The position numbers were made by a program, and so were the translations under genes. A DNA stretch of 64,000 nt, from assembly GCA_004022145.1 (NCBI GenBank), contig RCNU01000003.1; one strand, written 5' to 3'. This document shows positions 1 to 12,640 of this stretch, one piece after another. How positions within the stretch are numbered: the stretch's first letter is position 1; the number at the start of each line of letters is the position of its first letter. Under the pieces are notes generated by a model. The model searched no databases, had not been told where the DNA came from, and saw nothing but the letters and a program-made list of their open reading frames with translations. The DNA comes from Paecilomyces variotii. Taxonomy: Eukaryota.

Positions 1-547
1 TCGGGTTTCTCGAATAGCAGCCAGGTACACATATACATCAATAATGCCACATGGAACAATTGACCGAACGGAAGATCACACGGTCACACTGCGAGCAGTC
101 AATTGAATAATTACTGGGCGTTAATCTGACTGAACTAGCTTGATCACAATCACCAAATACTCTGGCTAACCCCGCCCTCCAATCTGGACAGCTCGAGCCA
201 GCGCTTTGCCGCCGACCATCACGGGCGTCGCGGGACTCTGGCCATCTACTGGCTACAGGGAGTTTCCAGCTGCAGACTCCCCTGCTGCTCTTCACACTGT
301 CCGTCGATCGGTCTCATCCAATTATCCTGTCCCAACCGCCCTCTCCATCGTCCGCTTTGCAAGTCGTCCAGCAAGCGCAGGCTGTCTGCAGAGTGCAAAT
401 GGCCTGCGCTGCATATAACGGCGGCCGGCCCAGGTTGCCCCTGGGGCCAAATCGATCTTCTTTCCGTAAGAGATTGACAGGAGCTGTTTCGAATGTCTTG
501 CGATGCTCCGGGATGATAGTAGCTAGGGGCGAGAGGCTACACGGTAT

Positions 548-1816
548 ATGATGCGCCATCGGCCCTCGATGCTCTCGACTCTTGCAGTCGTCTTGTCCTA
601 CGTTTCTACTACCGGTGCCGTCGCTATCGTCCCCGTTGATCTTCACGTCACGCGCGATACGATCCAAGTACGCTCTGAGTCCCCTGGGCTGGACCGGAAG
701 CTGCTATCCATCCAGGTCGGTTGCATCGTCGCTGCATACGTGATATCGATCGTTTTCACCCTGAGTCTGTTCTTCTTCGTGGGAAGACGCCTGAGAAGGG
801 AAAAGCAGACATCTAACCACTCTCTGGAGATGATCATGATGCATCCAGCTAAAGAACCCGTCACCACAGACCCCAGTCCCAGCTCTCCGTTGCCTGGAAA
901 AGGTGGCTTTGGGATGTCGTTGAACAGCCTGGGCAGAAGCGACCGGATGACCCATGCTTCAGCCGACGACAGCGTGACCAGCATCGACGAAAATGTCGTC
1001 GAGTCGGATCGGAGACGAGCCCAGGAGCAGATGGAGATGCTCTATGCAGCCGTGATGGAACACGACGCGCAGAAAGCAGCCGGTATCCCGACTGTAGAAG
1101 AGCATCACTATCCGGCTCCCAGGTCCCCGTTGCGGAGCCCACGATATGCTGGCTATTCTAACCCCCCAACGGAGGAACCTGTGCTCCAATCAGAAGAGCG
1201 GCTCTCGAAGAAACGTTCTAGCTCGCGGTTGTCGAGACTGTCGAATTTGTCCATCTTCAGCACCAATTCACGCTCCTCCGGGCCTCTGAGCGGCAAGCTC
1301 CGTTCCCCTCGCATCTCGTTGAGGAAGCTACCGATTTCCTCGCCAGTGGGATCGCCCGCGGGGGATGCGTCGGATGCTTATGCGGAGAGCCAGCCACTGA
1401 CTCCGCGTATTTATACCCCGGGGCCGCCTCCTCCAGCGCCCCAGTCTGCGACGTCGAGTAGAACTCCCACTCAGACAAACCACACGCGGGCTCCTGCTCC
1501 TGCTCCGCTCACCTTCAGTAGCCATGGTGCGACCAACAGCTCGTCCACGTTGCCCTTCCGCCAGGCCTTCAACCCGCCTCAGAGCGCTCCGGCTACGAAG
1601 ACAACTATCCTGGAGCGCCCGATCCATGCAGGCGGGCCCCGGACTGGCGTGCCCACTCCATATAGTCCGTATATGCCTTTTACACCGGTGACACCCGTCA
1701 CACCGAGCCGGATGGTGACGCGAAAGGAGCGAAAGCGCATGGAGAAAGAGAACGGTCTACGGGTGCTGAACGAAGATGATATGGTCAAGAGCGACGAAGA
1801 GATCTGGGGAGTGTGA
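548..1816 (+). CDS. Fungal-specific single-pass membrane protein with a Ser/Pro-rich cytosolic tail (hypothetical)
   Basis: Intronless 422-aa ORF. It has an N-terminal hydrophobic signal-like segment, a TM helix (IQVGCIVAAYVISIVFTLSLFFFV) followed by the basic stop-transfer GRRLRR, and a C-terminal PYSPYMPFTPVTPVTP motif. Confidence 0.8.
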   Translation: MMRHRPSMLSTLAVVLSYVSTTGAVAIVPVDLHVTRDTIQVRSESPGLDRKLLSIQVGCIVAAYVISIVFTLSLFFFVGRRLRREKQTSNHSLEMIMMHPAKEPVTTDPSPSSPLPGKGGFGMSLNSLGRSDRMTHASADDSVTSIDENVVESDRRRAQEQMEMLYAAVMEHDAQKAAGIPTVEEHHYPAPRSPLRSPRYAGYSNPPTEEPVLQSEERLSKKRSSSRLSRLSNLSIFSTNSRSSGPLSGKLRSPRISLRKLPISSPVGSPAGDASDAYAESQPLTPRIYTPGPPPPAPQSATSSRTPTQTNHTRAPAPAPLTFSSHGATNSSSTLPFRQAFNPPQSAPATKTTILERPIHAGGPRTGVPTPYSPYMPFTPVTPVTPSRMVTRKERKRMEKENGLRVLNEDDMVKSDEEIWGV

Positions 1817-2538
1817 TCTTTCCAGTCTCTTTTTCTTCTCATTTCTTGTTTCCCCTTTCGCCTCTGATTGTTTATTACCGGTTACGCTTTTATATACCAT
1901 TGGTTCACTGGATACATGGACCTTCGCACATGATAGTTGATATATCACGCATTATCTGGCCTTGATGGCTGACAGGCATGGGGACACACTAGCTTTTCAT
2001 ATATACCATATACATAATTATAACCCAGTGCTTACTGGACACACGGGTCTTTGTTTGATCGTCAGACTGCTACATGATAGACCTTGACAGAGGGTGCTAG
2101 ATTATTCCCGAGATATCCCCATTGGGTGGGATCGCGAAGGCGGCCAGCCGATGTTCTCCGCTCCGCCACAAGATCGCCTCGATGTGGATGATCAATCCGA
2201 TCAGTTAACTGAGGGAAATAATACCTAATCAGGTTCTGTTATCATCCCGCTCGTCTGAAGGGGTTAGAAGGGTGAAAGAGACTGCTAATACTATAGGCAA
2301 TAATGTACCGCTCAGATCCGACGGATCGCCGAGAGCCCCTCCCCCGCGGATGACGTCGCATAGCATTCCGTGTGTTTACACGCCTTCGGCACCAAAAATA
2401 GACCTACTCTGCGTTCCGTTTCTGTTGATATAGGATTTACTATCTCCCGGATAGGGACCCTTGTCGATTCACTAGTCTCTCGTTCTGCACTTCCTTTCTA
2501 CTTCCTTTCTACTGCTGCCGGTTTCCCACTTCTTCTGG

Positions 2539-3945
2539 ATGCCTCTCACAGTCCTTAGCAACGAGCAGCTTCGCTCATTGCTCCTCTCCCTAACCCGCGA
2601 CGAGGTGCTTCAATTACAGAAAAATCTCGCTCAGGCACTGAGAGAATACTCAACAGGCAGCCAAGATAAGGGCTGTTCGGCAGATTATCAACCGCAACGG
2701 ACGGCCATCACGAGGAAGGATGGTAGCTCGACGATCTTCATGCCCGCCAGCACGGGCAGCACAATGGGAATAAAGATCATTTCGCTGCAAAGTGGAGGAA
2801 AGGCAGGGTATAGCACAGGATCAGCAACACGGGGAAGGGAGAGTAGAGTGCGATTTGCGCCAGAGGCTTCAAGGGATTCCAGACCTTCTATCGGTTCGGA
2901 CATCAGCCGGTTATCGATATCTTCGCAAGAAGATTCCGACATTTTAAACGTACCGTCCGCCAGCATCAATAATCGTCCTTTGTCACCGGTATCGAGCACA
3001 TCATCTGCTTCGCGTACCGGTCTATCATCTACCTCCGGGGCCTGGTTTGGAGCGGGAACCCGCGACACGTCTCCGCCCGGCACCGTGACTCTACTGGACT
3101 CGAACAGCATCCCGTTTGGAATTATCCGAGCGCAGGAATTGACTGCCTTTCGGACAGCATTAGCGTCGATGATGCTCTTTAATCGGCGGAAGAAGGCCAA
3201 GACAATCACCGTGTTCGGCGCTGGAAAGCAAGCATACTGGCACATCCGGCTGGCGTTGGTGCTTCGCGACGAGATCAAACGTGTCTACATTATCAACCGG
3301 TCGTTTGAGCGTGCCGCCGAACTCCTGAAGGATATTTACGGCCCGGAGAACACGAGCTGGCGTGGAAACGTCAAGTTTTCCGCCTTCAGCAGCGACTTTG
3401 TCGAGTCGGAAAGACTCCTCAAGGAGGCCGTGCGGAAGGCGGATGCCATCTTCTGCTGTACCCCGTCGACTGCTCCGCTCTTCCCTGCTGAATTCTTGAC
3501 TTCGTCAGAGGGACGGCGGAAAGGACGCTTGGTTTGCGCTATCGGATCGTACAAGCCGCACATGACGGAGCTGCACCCGGATGTCCTGCGCGACGAAGTC
3601 ACTCCTCATCATTCTTCACACCACCACCACAGGCATACCAGACGGAGCGGCGTTATCGTGGTCGATACGCTCGACGCCTGTCTTCAGGAGGCGGGCGAGA
3701 TCGTCCAGGCTGGTGTGACGCCACAGCAATTGGTGGAGTTGGGTGAATTGATGATGATTCGAGAAGCTGCTCGGTTGGCGATGGAACAAGGTGGAGAGGA
3801 GGAAAAGGGCCTGCTGGAGTGGATAGAGAGTGGCAATGTGATATTCAAGAGTGTCGGGCTGGGCCTGATGGACCTTGTCACCGGAGGTGATCTGATCAAG
3901 CTCGCACAGGAGAGAGGAGTGGGCACGACTGTTGAAGAGTTCTAG
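2539..3945 (+). CDS. Ornithine cyclodeaminase/mu-crystallin family protein (PrnX-like)
   Basis: 468-aa ORF with family motifs: TIFMP..GIK, LTAFRTALAS, Rossmann VFGAGKQAYWH, IFCCTPS, AIGSYKPHM.E, EAGE, and C-terminal FKSVGLGLMD. A long Ser-rich insertion lies in the N-terminal domain. Confidence 0.88.
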   Translation: MPLTVLSNEQLRSLLLSLTRDEVLQLQKNLAQALREYSTGSQDKGCSADYQPQRTAITRKDGSSTIFMPASTGSTMGIKIISLQSGGKAGYSTGSATRGRESRVRFAPEASRDSRPSIGSDISRLSISSQEDSDILNVPSASINNRPLSPVSSTSSASRTGLSSTSGAWFGAGTRDTSPPGTVTLLDSNSIPFGIIRAQELTAFRTALASMMLFNRRKKAKTITVFGAGKQAYWHIRLALVLRDEIKRVYIINRSFERAAELLKDIYGPENTSWRGNVKFSAFSSDFVESERLLKEAVRKADAIFCCTPSTAPLFPAEFLTSSEGRRKGRLVCAIGSYKPHMTELHPDVLRDEVTPHHSSHHHHRHTRRSGVIVVDTLDACLQEAGEIVQAGVTPQQLVELGELMMIREAARLAMEQGGEEEKGLLEWIESGNVIFKSVGLGLMDLVTGGDLIKLAQERGVGTTVEEF

Positions 3946-5218
3946 GGGATGGGTTTAGTTACTGTTCGGTGCTTTGTACATCATACCGTTGATATCCTGT
4001 CGAGTCTCGATTTGATTTGCTATTGGAAATGATCTGTTTTCCCTTTCTTTTTTTTTTTTTTCCTCTTCTTTCCTTTTCAAAATAAACTTGCTTTTTCTCG
4101 CGTATTCAACATCAACGCCACTTGTCGTTTAGACCACACTGCTTCGCCAACGTGAAACCACTAGTTAGTAGTTCATAGTTAGTCAAATAATACTGGTATA
4201 TGACAGTCCATCACTCTCCTAGCGCAAGAGACATGCTTTTTCCCACGAAACAGAGATCACGCGACTAACTATGTCACCACCGAATCCTCCCGATAATCGT
4301 GTAGGGCGAACATCTTCCCATCCCGCTGGTCTAGCCGGCACCAAATTACCAATTATATCTCTGATAATTTAATCCTTTCCCCTCTGAATAATAAATGAAT
4401 TGTCTCTTATTCCCCAGATAGACCAAGACCGGGATGCGTCCGAAACTGACGGACGGAGTGCCCCGCCGCCACGGAAATATGTCTGTTGGAATCAGCTCAT
4501 GAGTCAGGAAATGCGCATACCTAAGGTTATTCGGGTTGTGTATAGTCCGAGTTGGCTCATTCCCGATTACTTTCGCCACGGTAGGAATTAGGATGTTTTG
4601 TGTCATTGTCATCGTGCCTTTTGCTAGTGATGTGTGTGCCCCGCGTTGGTGGGGGTTGATTACGATCGCTGGATATGATTATGTAGTTGGAAGTTGTTGT
4701 TTGTGCCAGGATCAAGTGGCTCATTACTACTGATTATGTATATATGGATCTTGTAACTTAATTGAGCTTCCATACCACATGAACTATCACTGCTTTGAAA
4801 GGATTAGATACAGTCAGGCAGGTTTGCTTTTTTCTATAATATCACCATCCTTACCAAAGGTTAGTTGGTTTCTGAGCAATTGACCCCGCAGTTACTTTGC
4901 TTTTGTGACCTTTCGAATTATTTCTATCTGCGCTCTTTCTCTCTCTCTTTCTTTCTTATCAGCGACCGCAATTGACATTGAGAGTCAGCTGTGGAATTGA
5001 CCTATTTACTTTCCACTCTAGCTTTTGGTTTGGGTGTAGCTTTGGTCCGCGACTCTTGACATACATAGGACATCATTCCGCACGCGATCATCCGATCGTT
5101 TTGTCTGTCGCACATCTTCTTTTCCACCACAGGCGCACGAAATAAAGAAAGAAAGAAAAAAGCCGAGGAAAAAGAGATGAGATAGGGACTGGGTTATGCA
5201 ATTGCAATTACAGTGCCA

Positions 5219-6925
5219 ATGCCGTCGTCCACTTGCCATCTGCCAAATGGGCAGACGTTCAGCGTCACGCCCGTCTTTGGCGGGGTTACTTTCAAGTCGA
5301 ATGATATGAACCTTCACCACTCCGTCTTCCCGCCCGGTTGGACCATTGTGATTCAGACGGAGAAGCCGATTGAGGATGGCTCTGAGGACGGAAATCACAA
5401 TGATCTTGTCACGGAGGGAGATGCGTCCAGTACTGCTGCTTCGACGACGCAGGATACGACCCCGCAGGGGAGCAGCAGCTCTGCAGAGCGCCCGGTCAAG
5501 ACGTATCGCTTCTCGAAACCGACGCTGCGAAATGATTATCTGTTTCTTTCGTCGATTACGAATCCGTCAAGTAACGATTTTAAGCCCGCGACGTCCCCGA
5601 CGAGGCAGATTGCCATGATGCTGTGGGCTTCGTTGTGGTGGTACTTTCATGAGCCGGAGCCGGACTTGCACCTCACGACGGAGGCTTCTGCGAAGACGCC
5701 AGAGCTGGGGAAGCCCAAGGGAGATTGGAGGATTAATATCAGACGGGAGGGGATCTTTCGAGGCCGGAATCTGCTGCAGAAGCTCGAGCGCATGGGCATG
5801 ATCGCAAGTGAGGACTCGTCCGTGGGATTGGATGCCTCTGGCACGCAGAACTCCCCCGGTTGGGATAATATGTTCATCAGTCGACGCACCTTTTGGCAGC
5901 TCGATCCGCGTATCTTCCTATTCACCTTGTCGCCGGCGGGGAGTAATGTGCCAGCATCACCATCTCTTCCTCCTCACCACTCTTCCAGACCGTCGTCGCC
6001 CTGCCTGGCGTCTGATACGGTTCCTCCCTCGCCCACTGAAGGCCCAATCAACAACCCCCCAGGCCCATTTACATCGGGGAGCCATCTCCCAACTTACTTC
6101 CCTCCCCAGGTCACACAGTACACCTTCACCAATGGGGTCCGGCACCCCATACGGCCCAAGCCGCCTCGACAAGGCGAGGTGTTTTATACTCGATACATCC
6201 CCAGCGTTGATCAGTACCTCTCATTCCGTGTACCCAAACTCCCCGCTCCCAAAGCTACCGGCCACCACCATGCCTCCTCCAACTCGTCTACTCTCTCCGC
6301 CGCGAGTGCGCAGTCCCACGCCTCCAGCGTCCCATCCGATCTAGACCTCCTCCACCAATGGATGAACGAACCCCGGGTAAATGCCGCCTGGGGCATGGCC
6401 GGCCCGCATTCCGTCCAGGAGGAATTCCTTCGAGAAGGCCTGACCAGCCGACACAGCTTCCCCGTCTTTGGTTGCTGGGACGGGAAGCCTTTCGGCTACT
6501 TTGAGATCTACTGGGTGAAGGAGGATCGATTCGGCAGTCTCCTCGGCGGAAACGTCGACAACTACGATCGCGGACTGCACGTCCTGGTCGGCGAGCAGGA
6601 ATACCGCGGCGCACATCGCGTAGCCATCTGGTTAAGTGCCCTAGTCCATTATTGCTGGTTGGCAGATATGCGCACTCAAACAGTCATGTTGGAGCCAAGA
6701 GTTGATAATATAAAGTACGTTTGACCCCCAACCCCCAAAAACCATCACAGAGTATAGAATTCTCTCATATATCAAGAACCCAACTAATCTGTTCTGTATA
6801 ATATCAGCTTCATCAACCACCTCCACCGATCCGGCTTCTACAAAGAAGGCGAAGTCAGCTTCCCGCATAAACAGTCCGCCGTGATGAAAATCAAGCGTGA
6901 TTCATGGGAAGCTCCTGCTCTATGA
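5219..6925 (+). CDS. sidL: Siderophore biosynthesis N5-hydroxyornithine acyltransferase (SidL type, IucB/AlcB-like GNAT domain); 2 exons
   Basis: ATG 5219; exons 5219-6714 and 6808-6925; intron GTACGT...ACTAAT...CAG. C-terminal motifs [39 protein letters not shown]. The spliced tail reads [16 protein letters not shown]. No PTS1. Confidence 0.85.
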
Positions 6926-8242
6926 TTGATCCATGAGATATATGAAATTTAATGAAAAAAAAAGAAAATCATTTTTTCTCCTCAGTATCTGTCTAGTTAT
7001 CCAAACTGCATTATACCGCATCGCAAGCAATTGCATTCATTATATTACCTTCAGTCAGTCAGGTGAAATAGCCGGTTTTTATTTAGGCCTGCTCTGCTCT
7101 GTTCGAGATATTTTTATTTTGAGTTCTGTTCTGTTCGGATTAGAATCGAACCCTGCTCTCTGGATTTCAATTATAGATTTTCTCTTTGTGAAGGAAGGAG
7201 ATGAGAACGGGTCATGATGCCATTGATGGATGGATGGATTACTTTACTTTAACATAAAAACCACGCGATGGAATGAATACATACATAATCCCCCTCCCCT
7301 ATTTCTAAATCCCACACGGAACACACATGTGTAAACAGACAAAAATGCTATGCCTGGAATATCCAACAGCGTCAGTTCAGAACAGGGGCTCTATCAGACA
7401 AAATTAGGTACTGCATCTACGCTATCTACCATAGCTTAGTTTAGAAGAGCAAAACAAAAAAAAGGGATAATGTAAATAAATACATATTAATTAAAGTTTC
7501 CATACGTAACTTTATAAAACACGATTAAGGTTAACTAAGAGTACATCGTTCTTCTTCGCGAATAATACATATCATGTCTACATATCTTCTTGGCTTTCTA
7601 TAGATCACATGGGCGGGGATCAATTGACAAGAGACGAAAATAAAAATATGGAGAATACAGCAGAGAAAAAAACCACCAAATGAGATTTGAAGATAAAAAT
7701 TCGGATCTCGTATTAATTTATCCAGAAACATATTATCGTATCTATCACACACGAAAAAGACAAGAAAAAAAAGAAAAGAAAAAAAACGCCTGTCGCCATG
7801 CCCTGATATGCTTCAGACTGGGGGGGTCAAAAGTGCCTGCCTGCTGATTGGTATTTGTGGTATGATATTGACCAAAGTGATAAAAGAAAAGACTGACAAA
7901 AAAGAAAAAGGAAATGGTAGAGACATGTGTGTGAGAGAATAGAGGGAGATATTATTAATGTCGCGGGGATAGTAGTAGCAGTATGTCTAGCTGTCAAAAA
8001 GTAAAAAAAAAAGAGGAACAAGAGAATCAGAAACAGATGACCCGCAACGCCAAAGTATGCAACATAAATAAGTCGGACCCATAGATTTTTTGTTCTCAGG
8101 GTACCGGACTGAGGGTGGTGTGTTTTTGTTATCTTTCAGAATCGGATGCATTCCACTGATCGGGGGATATCATGTTTTCGAGCAGCGATGCAGCTGAGAC
8201 CAGCTCAGCGCGGATCTCGAGGGTCGGTTCGACATGGAGCGT

Positions 8243-9568
8243 CTATGCTAGAGGCCGGGCCATGCGTCCTCCCATGTATGTTCCGGCGGCCGAGGCGAGG
8301 AATCGAGCAACCAAGCCTCCAGCGCTTCCACCAATGCTTCCGGCCATCTTGACCTTCTTGCTTGGCTGATGAGACTCTTCCTGGAGGCACTTGCTTTCCG
8401 GACGCGTAGGCTGGACGTTGACGTAGCTGTAGCTCAACGTGGAGGCAGCCGGACTGTGGCCGCAATCGGCGACCATGAACTCGTCTCCCAGGCTAGATGA
8501 ACATGTGCTGAGACTGGCAGGCGTACCACGGGAGCTTGGCGCCAGACTGGATGAACGGGAGCTCAGGGAGTTGTAAGTATCCGCACGAGAGAGGCCGGGA
8601 ACGTCCTTGACGGAAGGCGGAGAGATGGAACGGTTGTTCATTTGACGATATTGAGAGACACGTAGATGCTGGTAGTGTGCGTTGCCCGTACGCTCGACGT
8701 CGTCGATGCTAGACATGGGAGAGCCGTGGATGCTAGAGCTCGAAGACACGTGGATGGCAGGGGTACGCTTGGAGACACCCTCGCGCATGCGACGAGCATC
8801 AGTGCGCGGCTCCTGCTTCTGGCGACGGAGACGGTTGGCCAGGGCCTCTTGCAGACGCCACCTGAAAGATGTCAGATAATCTGCAAGTACAGTGTCAGAC
8901 AGGTTGGTTGTCTCTACTAACCATTCACGGTGGCTGTTCAGCTCATCCTCACGCTCCTGCTGCAGCATCTCATAGCGTCTTCGGATGGGCGCCAGAAATG
9001 GTTCGAAATACTCGAAAAGATCCTCTTCGTTGACGCGAGTGTCCCAGTCGAGAAGGAAGAGAAGCTGTCGTTCCATCAGGTTGACCTCAGCGAGAGAGAA
9101 ACCAAAGCCATCGTAGCCCTTGACGACGGTGTATCTGGCCCAGTGCTTGTTCTTGGGGCTCGAGTCATTCAGATTCTTAGCGGCCAGGATCAGAGAAGCA
9201 AGGAAGATACGGTGAACGGTGCATCGCATGCCCTTGGCGACAGGAGGCAGGCGTGCACGCAGTCGGCCCAGGAACACCAGGGATGTCATCAGGGTCGGGA
9301 CCTGAACCTGGGAACGGCTGACCAAGGAAGAGATGAAGGCCTCCAGCGACGGCAGTGGAGGCAAGCTGTCAGCTGGGTTCATCGGAGGTGTACTCGGAGG
9401 AGTAGGTTGACCATGTCGGTTGAGGGATGATGTGGTCACATGCGGTTCACAGCGGATGACCTCTGAAGCTTTTCGAGCAAGATAAGAGATCATGTCTCGG
9501 GAGACAGGAAGCATCACAAAGTCGTTCAAAGCAGCCCTGTTGAGGGCCAGCATGTCTTTCTGGTCCAT
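8243..9568 (-). CDS. pclA: Pho85-type G1/S cyclin (Pcl1/PclA family); 1 intron
   Basis: ATG 9568 (MDQKDML). Cyclin box [69 protein letters not shown]. Intron 8862-8921 (GTTAGT...CTGAC...CAG) gives a 421-aa product. Confidence 0.85.
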   Translation of the reverse strand: MDQKDMLALNRAALNDFVMLPVSRDMISYLARKASEVIRCEPHVTTSSLNRHGQPTPPSTPPMNPADSLPPLPSLEAFISSLVSRSQVQVPTLMTSLVFLGRLRARLPPVAKGMRCTVHRIFLASLILAAKNLNDSSPKNKHWARYTVVKGYDGFGFSLAEVNLMERQLLFLLDWDTRVNEEDLFEYFEPFLAPIRRRYEMLQQEREDELNSHREWLVETTNLSDTVLADYLTSFRWRLQEALANRLRRQKQEPRTDARRMREGVSKRTPAIHVSSSSSIHGSPMSSIDDVERTGNAHYQHLRVSQYRQMNNRSISPPSVKDVPGLSRADTYNSLSSRSSSLAPSSRGTPASLSTCSSSLGDEFMVADCGHSPAASTLSYSYVNVQPTRPESKCLQEESHQPSKKVKMAGSIGGSAGGLVARFLASAAGTYMGGRMARPLA

Positions 9569-9913
9569 TATGTTGGTGGGTAGTGAGGATGTTGATGGAA
9601 AGTATTGCCGTGTTTCACTGTCAACAAACGTGGAGTTGATGGTGAGCAAGTATGATAGAACAGGTATATTCCCGGTCTGTGTTTAAAAATGAGGGAAAGA
9701 TTCGTGTGAAGCGTGAACAGCTTCTACAAATCTATATGCGGCTGGGTCCTGCAGTGAAGGGCAGATGGTGAAAACAATGACTATTCAGCCTGCGATGAGC
9801 CAGCCCCCGACAACAAAAAAGAAGGTCGCGTTGACAAAAAAGAGGTCGGCAACGAGCGGTACAAGGGGTGACTGATAGTACAAATTCCCGCCCAGCGGAA
9901 AATATCCGATGAA

Positions 9914-11795
9914 AGAATGCTGCAAAGGATTGTCGGGGTTGTCGTGTCAACCCGGCTGACGGTGCGTGTAACTTTAAATCGACAATTCCTATCTATATCT
10001 TCCACACGACAGCCCTATGGCGGACTGCTTCGGTTTGGCGTCAAAGCTTGGGGAAGACCGAGCAGGCTTAGTTAGGCCGGCACTGGGGGGCGAGACTAGC
10101 GGCGGGCGATATAGATATCGAAAAAGGCCAATTTCCAGAGGGAGAGAACCGAGAGAACGGAGGGTTCTGCGAGAAGATTTTAATATTAATGAAATACTGA
10201 GAATGTGCGCATGTGCCTGATGCTCGTGAAGAATTGAAGGCAGCCTGCCGGCATATATGTACATGACCTGGAAAAAGCTCCTAGGGTGGGCGGCTGGTGG
10301 CTTGTCGGCCAGCGCTGCAAGGACCATCATGGACCAGTTGTTGGATGTGGGGAGATATGAGCCCGAATTGGCCAGCGCAGGGGGCCGCCAGCATAACTCC
10401 AGAGTCCAGGGAGATCGTGAACGCGTCGAGCAGCACGACCCTTCAGTTAGCGCGCGATTCGAATCCAGGGACTCTGATCACCATCGCGAACCGCCATTCG
10501 CTGTCTTGATCTGGAATGCGGCGGACTTGCTGTTTCATCATGGCCGGTACCGCTGGTATACATGTCACCACGGCTCAAGCTGCTTGCCGCCGACGACGAG
10601 AGCTGTCGAGTCGAAGCCGTGTATCACAGACCGACAGTTGCTCCCGGCCAGAGGTGTATGTGTCGGAAGGTTACGACCACACCCATGCCCAATGATGAGC
10701 CAACAAAGGATCTGAAAGCGCAACCATCGTCACAAGAATACAGTTGGGCTGTTGCAAGCCCGAGACGCGCCGGTTGGTGAACACGCGCACTCAAGTCCGG
10801 TCATGCGAGGAGCAGGATGTGGCTAGAGACTCTCGGCCTGACTGTCCATCATTGCTGTTTAGCCTCCTGTTTGGGTAAGAAAGAAGGATCCTGTCAGATC
10901 CTGTCGCCCTGCGCCCTGCTTTTCGCTCCCATCGGATTTCCTATCCTGTCTGTGCAGGACCGCACTACCACTGCCAAGAAAGGGAATTGTTAATAGGACC
11001 TCGATGGAGTAGAGTTATTGTTGTATCCCTCCCAGGCTTTCCCTGTTGACTTGACCATGCCTGTCGTATCCTCGCGGCCAGTGAGGGGCCTCAACGGACC
11101 TGGGAAGACGCGCTGGAAGTCTTTTTGCTTTCCACAATTGATTGTTCTTGTCCGTCGGCCCTATCGACCAGAAACCGCTAGGCAGGATCGAAACATTGAA
11201 ACCTATTCTGGTCTCTGGCGGATCCAACCCCGCCGACCAACAACGGAGCGACGGGGAGATTCGCTCAGATGGGATCTGCCAACACATCTGTGTATGTACT
11301 CTAAGACCGTTGGGTCCTCGATTCCCACTTGAGTGGCGGGGGCGAGAGAGCTATCGACAAGCGTATGAGCAGCATCTGGTCAGAATGATTCGGCGGCTGG
11401 CGGGAGATGCTGGCTGACGATGCGGCGGCAGCGGCTTACTTACTACGTACTACTGTGCTTAGCCAGCCACCACTAGTTAACTAAAGTAGAGCTGGCTGCT
11501 CTTGTTTCTCTGTGCAGTTTCATCCACCTGGTCTTCCAACGTAAATTATGGTAGACAGATTCTTTCTTCCCGGCAGATCTTGAATGTCTGATCTCATCGG
11601 CCAAGCGCCAACTCCATTGCTAATTCGGGATCGACAAGCCACCCGCCGACAAACCTCCAGTAGCTGAGCCTCGCTCCACACACGGGATGCGAATCGGATA
11701 CAGAGCGAACAGTATGAAGGAGTAACGTGCTATTAGCTGCTAGATCGAGAATGGATCGAGCATTGTCTTACTGTCAGCTGGGGTAACGAGGAATG
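9914..11795 (-). promoter_or_regulatory. Cluster of AbaA/TEA-type CATTCY sites upstream of the cyclin
   Basis: RGAATG on the + strand (CATTCY on the gene strand) at 9914, 10200, 10513, 11382, 11748 and 11790. An MCB-like ACGCGT lies at 10421. Confidence 0.5.
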
Positions 11796-12640
11796 TGTCC
11801 GCGGGTTCGCGCATCAAGGTTGAGTGAGTGCTAATAATCTATCTCACTACTTACATGCCAACTCTCCCCAATTGAATCTCCCTTCCGTTAACCCTCGCAG
11901 AGTATTTCTTCCGCAGTATAGAGAGCCGATGACTTCAGTCGCCCCCCGTACACTGACCTCCTTTGGCCACCATTCATCCAGAGTTTAGCTCCTCCTTGAT
12001 CTCCCCAAGAGCATTGATCTGTCTGTGTCTATCTGCAAGTCTCTACGGTCTTGCTCGTGCCAATGCATGGAACATGCAATAGTTGCCGATCTACACTGTT
12101 CCTATACAATCTTTTTTTCCCCCAAACGCGCTATGTCTATACTTGAATGGCAAGGGACGCAGCTTCTCCGGGATAACGAGGGACTAACAATAGCGCGTGT
12201 TGACCGAAAAAAAAGTGTCGCTCTGGTCTTCGTTCAGCTCTGGTGTTCATAGGTACTTCTTTGTTCTCTTCTCCCGTGGCGCTCTCTAAGCGCCAACATG
12301 GAGCCATTTGATGCATGGGTCGCCAACGCCAAACCCTGGTACGGCGCTTATGATATTGGGACGGTGCAACCGACCTTCCCGATTGCCTAAGATGTGACTG
12401 AGGATATCTACCGCTACGATCAGAATCGGGCGGCTACTGAGTGTTATTCTTAGAGTGGTCAGACGTGCTTCGGACGACGTGCTCCGCTCCATTCCAGAGA
12501 CTTGACATATCTGTAACAAGTGTGGCATGAGAGACGGCCCCAGATCAGTGTGGACAAGATCCTATAGGATGGGAGCTTCCTCCTGACTCCAGTAGTTACT
12601 TCTATTGCTTCTCATGGGCCCGGTACCGTCCGCAGGACAC

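Noticed and set aside
10017..11417. Several 60-150-aa ORFs upstream of the cyclin
   Set aside because: No recognisable domain, codon bias or coherent splice model; consistent with GC-rich regulatory DNA.
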